The notes beneath the pieces are model-generated. The model was not told the origin of the DNA. It saw only the letters and a program-made list of their open reading frames with translations, and made no database searches. 40,242 nucleotides of DNA, taken from NCBI GenBank assembly GCA_947629875.1, contig CANRFK010000001.1:1-40242 (forward strand). Direction: 5' to 3'. This document shows, piece by piece, positions 1 to 7,464 of the stretch. The translations under genes and the position numbers were made by a program. Positions within the stretch are counted from its first letter, which is position 1. Every line of letters begins with the position of its first letter. The stretch is from an uncultured Clostridia bacterium. GTDB lineage: Bacteria > Bacillota > Clostridia > Christensenellales > Borkfalkiaceae.

Positions 1-474
1 CTGCCCGCCAAGCAGAACGGCTCCTCCATCATGCCGGGGAAGATCAACCCCGTCATTCCCGAGGTCGTCAACCAGGTGTGTTTCCTCGTCATCGGGCACG
101 ACGTCACGGTGACGATGGCGGCGGAGGCGGGGCAACTCGAGCTCAACGCCTTCGAGCCCGTCATCTTCTACCAACTCTTTGAATCGCTCCGCTCGCTCAC
201 GGGCGCCATCAAAACGCTCACCGACAACTGCATCGAGGGCATCGAGGCGAGCCGCGAACGGTGCGCGGAGTGGGTGAACAGGAGCGTCGGCATCGTCACC
301 GCCCTCAACCCCTATATCGGGTACCTGAAAGCCGCCGAGATCGCCAAGGAATCGCTGAAAACGGGGGAGCCCATCAAGGAGATCGTGCTCCGCGAGGGGC
401 TCATGGACGCCGAGACGCTGGATAAGGTTTTGGATCCGCTCGTCCTCACCGAGCCCTGCGGCGGGAGATTGTAA
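1..474 (+). CDS. aspA: aspartate ammonia-lyase, C-terminal part (5' end lies outside the window)
   Basis: Frame 1 is open from base 1. The translation starts LPAKQNGSSIMPGKINPVIPEVVNQVCFLVIGHD. That is the fumarate-lyase signature GSxxMxxKxN followed by the AspA-type PVxPEVVNQVCF block. TAA at 472-474. Confidence 0.85.
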   Translation: MPAKQNGSSIMPGKINPVIPEVVNQVCFLVIGHDVTVTMAAEAGQLELNAFEPVIFYQLFESLRSLTGAIKTLTDNCIEGIEASRERCAEWVNRSVGIVTALNPYIGYLKAAEIAKESLKTGEPIKEIVLREGLMDAETLDKVLDPLVLTEPCGGRL

Positions 475-503
475 GAGGAATGTTGCACAAATATTGATAC
501 GAA

Positions 504-543
504 CAAAAATGAGCAGGGCAATTTTGCCTTGCTCATACTTTTT
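504..543. terminator. bidirectional rho-independent terminator between aspA (+) and the RHH gene (-)
   Basis: Hairpin atgagcagggcaa / ttgccttgctcat (509-536, one G-T wobble). It is preceded by an A-run (acaaaaa) and followed by a T-run (acttttt). Confidence 0.6.
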
Positions 544-577
544 CATTTCGCTGAAAAAAAAGGGGAGAAGTAAAAAA

Positions 578-730
578 TCAACACTCCTCTTTTTTCTCTT
601 TCATGTGCTTGCGCAGAACGAGATTGATAAATTGCGAGAGAGAGCGGTCGTCCTTTTCCGCTTCGGCTTTCAATTCAGACAAAAGATCGCTGTCGATTGT
701 AATGCTGATTTTTTCTTTCAAAGGTTTCAT
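578..730 (-). CDS. ribbon-helix-helix (CopG/Arc/MetJ-like) DNA-binding protein, about 50 aa
   Basis: MKPLKEKISITIDSDLLSELKAEAEKDDRSLSQFINLVLRKHMKEKKEEC shows the typical RHH pattern (beta strand ISITID, then two helices). I chose the internal ATG at 730 because AGGAGA lies 6 nt upstream. The track ORF extends to 781. Confidence 0.6.
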   Translation of the reverse strand: MKPLKEKISITIDSDLLSELKAEAEKDDRSLSQFINLVLRKHMKEKKEEC

Positions 731-774
731 GGACTCTCCTTTCAAGAAAATTATAACCGAAATACGACTTTTTC

Positions 775-803
775 TTGACAAATGCTATAAAGTAGGATAA
801 AAT
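775..803 (+). promoter_or_regulatory. sigma70-type promoter for the lipoprotein / zinc-ribbon gene pair
   Basis: TTGACA 775-780, 17-nt spacer, TAAAAT 798-803, about 28 nt upstream of the ATG at 831. Confidence 0.5.
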
Positions 804-830
804 ACTACTATACAAGGAAGTGAACAGGTA

Positions 831-1268
831 ATGAAATACAGAAAGAAAAAGCGTCTCGCGTGGCTGTTGCTCGCGGCACTAACAGTATTATTGATGGCCT
901 TCGGGTTTACGGGTTGCAATCTCGGCGGGGGAGAAACGCCCGAAGGGGACGATGAACCGCAATCGATTGAACTCACGATAGACAACTACGAATATTATTT
1001 GTCCATCGACACGGTGTGCACCTCGTCAAATGTGTATGGGGGTGGGTACTTTCACATATCTTCCTATAAAGTTACGATAATGGGCGCCATAAGCGGGATA
1101 TATGAGAATTGCAGTTTATTCTATCAGCAGAACGGGGAAGAAATTGAGCACGAAGTAAAATTGAATGCGGCGGGATATGCCACGTTCAGCTATAGCATAA
1201 CAAGTGGTTTGGGCGATGATAGAGGATCGATTTCCTATGTCCGCGTGCAGGGAAAAATATTGGTTTGA
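831..1268 (+). CDS. small lipoprotein, function unknown
   Basis: Signal peptide with lipobox (MKYRKKKRLAWLLLAALTVLLMAFGFTGC). Purine-rich SD-like AAGGAAG upstream. I recognise no family. Confidence 0.6.
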   Translation: MKYRKKKRLAWLLLAALTVLLMAFGFTGCNLGGGETPEGDDEPQSIELTIDNYEYYLSIDTVCTSSNVYGGGYFHISSYKVTIMGAISGIYENCSLFYQQNGEEIEHEVKLNAAGYATFSYSITSGLGDDRGSISYVRVQGKILV

Positions 1269-1286
1269 GGAAAGAAGAAAGGAGGA

Positions 1287-1664
1287 ATGATGAAAGCGTT
1301 GATAAAATGCTCGAATTGCGGCGGAACGGATTTTAAGCGCACAACAATCGGAACGATTCTTGCAACGGAGGGGCACTTTCACGTAAACGCGTATGCCTGC
1401 GGGGCTTGCGGACATATTGAATTGTTCGCGCCTGAATCAGACCGCTATGCCGAAGAACTGCGGAGACAAGAAGCGATCCGTCGTGAAGAAGAAGCGCAAC
1501 GGCGGAAACGGGAAGAAGAAGCGAAGCAAAAACGCCGAGAAGAATTGATGAAAATCATCAACGACGAAAACAGCACTATGAAACAAGTAAAAGAAGCGCA
1601 GGAAGAATTGAATAGCATGTCAGGAAAGTTCACTATGGGGAAGAAGCCTTTTTGGGGTTGGTGA
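1287..1664 (+). CDS. zinc-ribbon protein with a highly charged coiled-coil tail, function unknown
   Basis: CSNCGG...(31 residues)...CGACGH is a CxxC...CxxC zinc ribbon. It is followed by an E/R/K-rich helix (EELRRQEAIRREEEAQRRKREEEAKQKRREEL) and an aromatic C-terminus KKPFWGW. AGGAGG at 1280-1285. The true start could be the second ATG at 1290. Confidence 0.55.
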   Translation: MMKALIKCSNCGGTDFKRTTIGTILATEGHFHVNAYACGACGHIELFAPESDRYAEELRRQEAIRREEEAQRRKREEEAKQKRREELMKIINDENSTMKQVKEAQEELNSMSGKFTMGKKPFWGW

Positions 1665-1715
1665 CAGCGGCGAGTTGTTTGCATCTATTCCCGGAATCGT
1701 ATTCTCCCAACACAA

Positions 1716-1746
1716 AAGCCGCCCGCGCGGAGAGCGCGGGCGGCTT
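1716..1746 (-). terminator. GC-rich hairpin terminator downstream of the M18 aminopeptidase gene; may also stop the convergent + strand pair
   Basis: Arms aagccgcccgcgc (1716-1728) and gcgcgggcggctt (1734-1746) with a 5-nt loop. On the minus strand the hairpin is followed by TTTTG. Confidence 0.6.
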
Positions 1747-1760
1747 CATAAAAATAGGAA

Positions 1761-2999
1761 CTACCCGATTGTCGCTTCGCCCTCTTTGAGGGCGATTTTG
1801 CTGCTGTAATAGGCGGAAAGCGCCTTTTCAAGTTCAAAATAGTCGCTCCTTGCCATCGTCTCCACGGCGGAGTGCATCGCGAGCTGGGCGATGCCGATAT
1901 CGGCGGAGGGGATGCTCGCCTGCGTCAGGGAGATGGCGCCGAGGGTGGAGCCGCTCGGCATATCCGAACGGTTGCAGAAGGTCTGCACTTTCACGCCCGC
2001 GCGCGCGAACACCGTCTTGACGACGGCGGAAGTGAACCCGTCCGTCGTGTACGCGCCGCCCGCGTGGCTCTTCACGACGACGCCCCCGCCCAAAACGGCG
2101 CGGTTCGTGGGGTCGCACTTCTCGGGGTGATTGGGGTGGAGCGCGTGTGCGTTGTCGAGGGAGAGAACAAAGGACGAAGAAAGGAAGGCGAGAAATTCCT
2201 CCTCATCCTTGCCCTGTGCGGCGGCGATGCGGCGAAGAACGCCGCGCAGGAACCCGCTTCCCGCGCCCCCGTAGGTGCGGCTTCCGATCTCCTCGCTGCA
2301 AAGGCAGGCGGCAACGCACAGCCCCTCGCCGCCCTCGGCGATCGCGCGGAGGGAGGCATACACGCCCACAAGGTCGTCGAGGCGGGGCGAGGAGAGAAAT
2401 TCGCCGTCCTTGCCGCTCTCAAAGGGGGCTTCGGCGGGCGTCAAAAAGAGATCGTAGGAAATTGCGCCGCCGACGATCTGCCCGAAGTCGGCTTCCCCGA
2501 GGCTCAAGAGGGGGAGTTCGGTCTGCAAATTGGGCGAGAACTTCTCGTTGGCGTCGCGCTGCTGGTGGATGGCGAGGGAGGGGAGCACGCAGCAAAAATC
2601 GCTCGTAAAGGTCTCCGATGCGAGTTTGCCGCCTCTCTCCCGCACGACGCGCCCCGCAAGTTTCAAGGGGCGGTCGAAGAAGGTATACCACAGCCCGCCG
2701 CCGTAGGGCTCGGTGTTGAGACGGGTGTAAATTTTGTCCGAAGTGGCGGCGCTCTCCTTGCATTTGAGGCAGGGGGAATCGGTGTGCGAGGCAATAATTT
2801 TCGCGCTCCCCGCGCCGTAGCGGAAGGCGATGAGGCTGTTTCCGCCGCGGAGGACATAGTACTTTCCGCCCTCTTCAAGCTTCCACGGCTCCCCCTCGGC
2901 AAGGGGCGAAAAGCCGTGCGCTTCCAAATATTCTGCGGCGTGCTTTGCGGCATGGTAGGCGGTGTAGGAGGTTGCAAGAAATTGTTTCAATTCTTCCAT
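1761..2999 (-). CDS. M18-family aminopeptidase (aspartyl-aminopeptidase-like)
   Basis: 412 aa. N-terminal YHAAKHAAEYLEAHGF, then IASHTDSPCLK and LDNAHALHPN-type metal-ligand blocks typical of peptidase M18. Confidence 0.8.
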   Translation of the reverse strand: MEELKQFLATSYTAYHAAKHAAEYLEAHGFSPLAEGEPWKLEEGGKYYVLRGGNSLIAFRYGAGSAKIIASHTDSPCLKCKESAATSDKIYTRLNTEPYGGGLWYTFFDRPLKLAGRVVRERGGKLASETFTSDFCCVLPSLAIHQQRDANEKFSPNLQTELPLLSLGEADFGQIVGGAISYDLFLTPAEAPFESGKDGEFLSSPRLDDLVGVYASLRAIAEGGEGLCVAACLCSEEIGSRTYGGAGSGFLRGVLRRIAAAQGKDEEEFLAFLSSSFVLSLDNAHALHPNHPEKCDPTNRAVLGGGVVVKSHAGGAYTTDGFTSAVVKTVFARAGVKVQTFCNRSDMPSGSTLGAISLTQASIPSADIGIAQLAMHSAVETMARSDYFELEKALSAYYSSKIALKEGEATIG

Positions 3000-3064
3000 G
3001 GTTCTATCCTTTTTGTGTTGTCCCCCGTATTATACACCCGCGGCGGCAAAATTGCAAGCGCGGA

Positions 3065-3093
3065 TTGACAGGTTTCCCACGCCATGGTATAAT
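3065..3093 (+). promoter_or_regulatory. near-consensus sigma70 promoter for the GH3-GH13 pair
   Basis: TTGACA 3065-3070, 17-nt spacer, TATAAT 3088-3093, with TG at 3085-3086 (extended -10). GGAGG at 3101-3105 precedes the ATG at 3111. Confidence 0.65.
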
Positions 3094-3110
3094 ATTTCAC
3101 GGAGGTTGCA

Positions 3111-5411
3111 ATGGGCTGGGCGAAGTTTCAACAGAGGTGCAAAAATTTTGCGGCGAAGCTGTATTTCTCCATTTCGGGAAGCGCCTTGAAGCAGGGCGAA
3201 AATCTCTCCTCGGACGGCGAGAACAACACGTCGCCCGCGATGTCCGAGACGCTGCGGCGCGCGGCGCGCGAGGGGGCGGTCTTACTCAAAAACCGCAATA
3301 CATTGCCGATTTCGGGCAAGTTCGCCCTCTTCGGGCGGGGGCAGACGGACACCTTTTACACGGGCTACGGCTCGGGCGGCGACGTCATCAAGCCCTACCG
3401 CGTGAGCATTCTTCAAGGGCTCGAAAGGGGTGGCGCGGCGCTCGTGGAGCCCGTAAAAGAGGCCTACCTCAAATTCTCCGAACAGCACCCCGTCTCGCAC
3501 GGGTGCTGGGGGAACTGGCCGCGGTATTTTCCCGAGATGCCTCTCTCTTCGGAGCTCGTGGAAGCCGCGCGGGCAGAGACGGAGACCGCCGTCGTCGTTT
3601 TGGGCAGGGCAGCGGGCGAAGATCGGGAAAATGAGCTGAAAGCGGGCAGTTTTTACCTCACGGAGGAGGAAAAAGCCATGCTCGCCCGCGTCACCGCGGC
3701 TTTTCCGCGCGTCGCCGTCGTGCTCAACATCGGCAGCGTCATCGATCTTTCCTTTTTGGAGGAATATAACATCTCCGCCGCGCTCCTTTTGTGGCAGGGC
3801 GGCATGGAGGCGGGCAACGCCTGCGCCGACCTTCTTCTCGGGAAGGCGAACCCCTGCGGCAAGCTCGCGGATACCGTCGCCCGCGCCTACTCGGCGTATC
3901 CTTCCTCCCAAAATTTCGGCAACGCCGCCTACAACGACTACGCCGAGGATATCTTTGTCGGCTACCGCCATTTCGAGACGAGGGCAAAGGGGGACGTGCG
4001 CTTCCCGTTCGGCTTCGGGCTCTCCTATACGACCTTTGCAATTTCCGCAAATTATGGGAATGGGGTGGTGAAATTCTGTGTCAAGAACACGGGAGAGCGC
4101 GCGGGGCGCGAGGTCGTACAGGTGTATGCGGAGAAGCCTGCGGCGGCGCATGCACCCGCGCGGGAGCTCGTTGGCTTTTTTAAGACGAAGGAACTTGCGC
4201 CCGCCGAAGAGGAGCAGGGGGAGATCGTGCTTGATGATCGCGCCTTTTCGGTGTATGCGGAGGGATGCGGGTTTGTGCAGTTCGGCGGCACCTACCGCCT
4301 GTACGTGGGTGCGGACGTGCGGAGCGCGGAGGAGATCGCCTCCTTTGAACTTCAAGAGCGCATTGCGGAGCATGCGTCGCCCCTTTCTTACGCGGTGAAA
4401 ATTCCGCCCGAACTTGCAAAAACAGCAAAACACTGTGCGTTTTCCGACGTTGCGGCGGGCAAAGCGACGCTCACGGAGTTCGTCGCAAGCCTTTCCGACC
4501 GCGAACTCGAAGCACTTGCCTACGGCGCGATGAAGATGGACAGCCCCCTCGGCGCAAGCGGCAATGCGGGCGTCATGGGCGGCACCACGGCGGAACTGCG
4601 CGCGCGGGGCGTTCCGCCCGTCACCATGACGGACGGCCCCTCGGGCATCCGCCTCAAGACCTCGTCGTCCCTTTTGCCCATTGCAACGCTGCTCGCGTGT
4701 ACCTTCGACCCCGCCCTCGTGGAGGAGGTCTACCGCGGCGTGGGGGAGGAGATGAGGGCGCGCGGCTCGCACGTGCTTTTGGCGCCCGCCATGAACATGC
4801 ACCGCGACCCCCTGTGCGGGCGGAACTTCGAATATTATTCCGAAGACCCCTTGCTTTCGGGGAAAATTGCGGCGGCGGCCGTGCGCGGTCTGCAAAATGC
4901 GGGCGTTTCGGCGTGCCCCAAGCACTTCGCGTGCAACAACCAGGAGTTCAACCGCAGCCACAACGACAGCCGCGTCTCCGAGAGAGCCCTCCGCGAAATT
5001 TATCTGCGCGGGTTCGAAATCTGCGTGAAGGAAGCGCGGCCGCATTTTCTCATGACGAGCTACAACAAGATAAACGGCGTGTACGCGCACTACAATGCAG
5101 CCCTCGTAAACGGCATTTTGCGCGGCGAGTGGGGCTTTGAGGGGTGCGTTATCACCGATTGGTGGATGCAGAAGGGCAGCTGCCCCGAGGCGGGCAAACG
5201 CAAGAATAACGCCGCGCGCGTGTATGCAGGCGTCAACGTGCTGATGCCGGGCGGCGGGTACCTCGGCAAGAAGTATCAGCACGGCGGGCTTCTCAAAAAA
5301 TTAAACAAAAAGGGACACCTGACCCGCGGGGAGTTGCAGAAAAACGCCTGCGAAATTTTGGGCGCAATTTTGAAAACTGCGGCAATGGGGTCGGAAAAAT
5401 CGGAAAAATAG
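3111..5411 (+). CDS. glycoside hydrolase family 3 (beta-glucosidase/beta-xylosidase-like), domain order reversed, no signal peptide
   Basis: The GH3 alpha/beta-sandwich block comes first (AAREGAVLLKN...LFGRG...). Next is GFGLSYTTF plus an Fn3-like segment. The TIM-barrel block comes last (MTDGPSGIRL, APAMNMHRDPLCGRNFEYYSEDP, KHFACNNQE, GFEGCVITDWW with the nucleophile Asp). The start at 3111 is supported by the SD and promoter. An alternative ATG lies at 3240. Confidence 0.85.
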   Translation: MGWAKFQQRCKNFAAKLYFSISGSALKQGENLSSDGENNTSPAMSETLRRAAREGAVLLKNRNTLPISGKFALFGRGQTDTFYTGYGSGGDVIKPYRVSILQGLERGGAALVEPVKEAYLKFSEQHPVSHGCWGNWPRYFPEMPLSSELVEAARAETETAVVVLGRAAGEDRENELKAGSFYLTEEEKAMLARVTAAFPRVAVVLNIGSVIDLSFLEEYNISAALLLWQGGMEAGNACADLLLGKANPCGKLADTVARAYSAYPSSQNFGNAAYNDYAEDIFVGYRHFETRAKGDVRFPFGFGLSYTTFAISANYGNGVVKFCVKNTGERAGREVVQVYAEKPAAAHAPARELVGFFKTKELAPAEEEQGEIVLDDRAFSVYAEGCGFVQFGGTYRLYVGADVRSAEEIASFELQERIAEHASPLSYAVKIPPELAKTAKHCAFSDVAAGKATLTEFVASLSDRELEALAYGAMKMDSPLGASGNAGVMGGTTAELRARGVPPVTMTDGPSGIRLKTSSSLLPIATLLACTFDPALVEEVYRGVGEEMRARGSHVLLAPAMNMHRDPLCGRNFEYYSEDPLLSGKIAAAAVRGLQNAGVSACPKHFACNNQEFNRSHNDSRVSERALREIYLRGFEICVKEARPHFLMTSYNKINGVYAHYNAALVNGILRGEWGFEGCVITDWWMQKGSCPEAGKRKNNAARVYAGVNVLMPGGGYLGKKYQHGGLLKKLNKKGHLTRGELQKNACEILGAILKTAAMGSEKSEK

Positions 5412-5427
5412 GGGAGAAATAAGCAAT

Positions 5428-6753
5428 ATGTGGTTCGACGAGGCGGTATTTTATCAAATCTATCCCTTGGGTTTTTGCGGGGCGGAAAAAGCGAACGACT
5501 TCGGCGAAATTCGCCACCGCTTTCATAAAATCGAGGCGGAAATTCCGCGGCTGCAAGCGCTCGGCGTGACGGCGGTGCTCTTCAACCCGCTCTTCGAGAG
5601 CGAGCGGCACGGCTACGACACGGTGGATTTTTTCACCGTCGACCGGCGGCTTGGCACAAACGGGGAGTTCAAAGCCCTCGTGCAAAAGTTCCACGCGGCG
5701 GGCATCCGCGTCGTTTTGGACGGCGTCTTCAACCACGTCGGCCGCGCCTTTCCGCCCTTCAAAAAGGTGCAGACGTATCGGGAAAATGCGCCCGAACGGT
5801 TCTTCTTCCACATAAATTTTCAGGGAAATTCACGCTACGGTGACGGGTTTTTCTACGCCGACTGGGAGGGGCACTCCGAGCTCGTGAAGCTCAACCTCGA
5901 GAACGCCGAACTTCAAGGGTATCTCATGGATGCCGTGCGGTTTTGGATCAAGGAGTTCGACATCGACGGGCTGCGGCTGGACGTGAGCTATCTCCTGCCG
6001 CCGTGGTTTTTGGAACTTTTGCGCCGCACGGTGAATGCGCAAAAGCCCGAGTTTTTCCTCGTGGGCGAGGTCATCCACCTCAACAATTTCGAGAAGAATG
6101 TGACGCCAGCGCGGCTCGACTCCGCCACCAACTACGAGGGGTTCCGCAGTATGCTCTCGGCGTTCAACAGCCGCAATCTCTTTGAGATCGAGTACTCCAT
6201 GACACGCCTCTTCGGCGATTTTCCGTGGTGCCTCTTCCGCGGAAAACACCTGCTGAATTTCGTGGATAACCACGATGTGGAGCGCGCCGCCACTGCCTTA
6301 AAGGAGCCGAGAAACCTCAAAAACCTCTATACATTGCTGTTTACGATGCCCGGCATCCCCTGCGTTTACTACGGTTCGGAGTTCGGCGTAAAGGGCAAAA
6401 AGGGAAATTTGGACTACGACCTGCGCCCGTGCATCGACGACATTGACAAGGGCGCAAACGCCGAACTTTCCGCGCATATTGCGAGGCTTTCGGGGATCAG
6501 AAGGGGGAGCCGCGCGCTCGCCTACGGGAGCTATCGGAAGGCCGCCGTGCAAAACGGGTGGCTCGCCTTTGTGCGGGAGTTCGAGGGGGAGGAGATCGTT
6601 GTTGCCATCAACATTACGGAGGATGACCCCACCGTTCGCGTGGAGGAGGCAGAGGGCGTCGACCTTCTGACGGGCGAGGTGCGGAGTTTGAAAGATATCC
6701 ACCTGCGGCCGTTCTCTGCGTGCATTTACAGGAAGAATGCGGCGGGGAAATAG
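5428..6753 (+). CDS. GH13 alpha-amylase-family enzyme (catalytic-domain-only type), cytoplasmic
   Basis: All four GH13 conserved regions are present: VLDGVFNHV, DGLRLDVSY, FFLVGEVIH and NFVDNHDVER. It lies 17 nt after the GH3 stop. Confidence 0.85.
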   Translation: MWFDEAVFYQIYPLGFCGAEKANDFGEIRHRFHKIEAEIPRLQALGVTAVLFNPLFESERHGYDTVDFFTVDRRLGTNGEFKALVQKFHAAGIRVVLDGVFNHVGRAFPPFKKVQTYRENAPERFFFHINFQGNSRYGDGFFYADWEGHSELVKLNLENAELQGYLMDAVRFWIKEFDIDGLRLDVSYLLPPWFLELLRRTVNAQKPEFFLVGEVIHLNNFEKNVTPARLDSATNYEGFRSMLSAFNSRNLFEIEYSMTRLFGDFPWCLFRGKHLLNFVDNHDVERAATALKEPRNLKNLYTLLFTMPGIPCVYYGSEFGVKGKKGNLDYDLRPCIDDIDKGANAELSAHIARLSGIRRGSRALAYGSYRKAAVQNGWLAFVREFEGEEIVVAINITEDDPTVRVEEAEGVDLLTGEVRSLKDIHLRPFSACIYRKNAAGK

Positions 6754-6793
6754 GTTTTTTTCGGAGCTTTTTGGAATAAAAGATGCACTCGTT

Positions 6794-6824
6794 TGCGCCC
6801 CCGCGGCAGAGCCGCGGGGGCGCA
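6794..6824. other. perfect 14-bp GC hairpin downstream of the GH13 gene (possible terminator without a U-tract)
   Basis: tgcgcccccgcggc-aga-gccgcgggggcgca. No T-run follows it on the + strand. Confidence 0.35.
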
Positions 6825-6920
6825 TATAAGGCAAAGTCCCCCTCGACTGCGCTACTTTGTACGCCGCAATGCGTCGGGCGGGATGACATTATTATAGCGC
6901 GGGGCGGAGGCCTCGGCATG

Positions 6921-7101
6921 AGGACACCCCCTCACCCGCTACGCGGGAGCTCCCCCTCGAGGGGGAGCCAAGCCCCACCCCCCTACCCCCCCTCCCGGGA
7001 GGGGGAGAGTAACGGAGGCTCTCGAAGAGGGCAATATGGTGGGCGATTATGCACACCTCATCCGTCCGCCTGTGGCGGACACCTTCCCCTCGAGGGGAAG
7101 G
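6921..7101. repeat. cluster of REP-like GC-rich palindromic units
   Basis: Three consecutive units each end in a (c/t)cccctc..gagggg(a/g) palindrome: ctccccctcgagggggag, ccccctcccgggaggggg and ccttcccctcgaggggaagg. The last unit (7048-7101) shares the 17-mer tatgcacRcctcatccg and the cttcccct/aggggaag hairpin with 37743-37804. Confidence 0.55.
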
Positions 7102-7117
7102 GTGGGGGAAGCGTGCG

Positions 7118-7285
7118 GGTGGGTGGGTTTTGCACGGGTTTGGGACGGGTTTTGGGGTGGGTTTTGCACGGGTTTGGGACGGGTTTTGGATGGCTTTGGG
7201 ACGTCGTTTTGCACGGCTTTGGGGCGGGTTTTGGACGTCCTTGGGGACGTCGTTTTGCACGGCTTTGGGGCGGTTTTTGCGCGTT
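7118..7285 (+). repeat. degenerate GT-rich tandem repeat (two units of about 34 bp, then two of about 45 bp)
   Basis: The anchor ttttgcacgg recurs at 7128, 7162, 7207 and 7253, giving spacings of 34, 45 and 46. Many GGG runs are separated by 1-4 nt, for example gggtttgggacgggttttgggg, which occurs twice. Confidence 0.75.
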
Positions 7286-7401
7286 GCATCGAAAAAATAC
7301 GTATATATTTGGAAAAATGAATAAACCACAAAGAATTTTCATTTATTTTGGAATTTCTTTGAAATTTCACAGTATAAATTTATAAAATAACGTGAATTTG
7401 C

Positions 7402-7431
7402 TTGACATTTTCACGGGGGGGGGTGTATTAT
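7402..7431 (+). promoter_or_regulatory. candidate promoter of the 1003-aa/1714-aa lipoprotein genes, with a G9 tract in its spacer
   Basis: TTGACA 7402-7407, 18-nt spacer containing G9 (7415-7423), TATTAT 7426-7431. AT-rich upstream region. The ATG is at 7465. Confidence 0.45.
7415..7423 (+). repeat. poly-G (G9) homopolymer
   Basis: Counted directly: tcac-ggggggggg-tgtattat. Confidence 0.95.
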
Positions 7432-7464
7432 GCGGGATAGATAAGAAACAGTGAGGTATTATCT

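Noticed and set aside
578-781. RHH protein as the antitoxin of a toxin-antitoxin pair; also the longer 67-aa version of the ORF.
   Set aside because: No adjacent co-oriented toxin-like ORF exists; downstream is a terminator and then aspA. The longer N-terminus lacks an SD, whereas the ATG at 730 has AGGAGA upstream.
7118-7285. Possible CRISPR array.
   Set aside because: The repeats are contiguous and degenerate, with irregular periods of 34, 45 and 46 bp and no unique spacers. There are no cas genes in the window.
6783-7385. A stack of overlapping 90-200-aa ORFs on both strands in the GH13-to-lipoprotein intergenic region.
   Set aside because: All frames give low-complexity Pro/Gly/Arg/Lys peptides that simply mirror the palindromic and GT-rich tandem repeats. 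There are no start-site signals. I treat the region as non-coding repeat DNA.
7361-7414. aaatttcac ... gtgaattt ... attttcac repeats upstream of and overlapping the -35 box, as a possible regulator-binding site.
   Set aside because: The half-sites are short, AT-rich and imperfect, with atypical spacing. They cannot be distinguished from chance in an AT-rich promoter region without comparative data.
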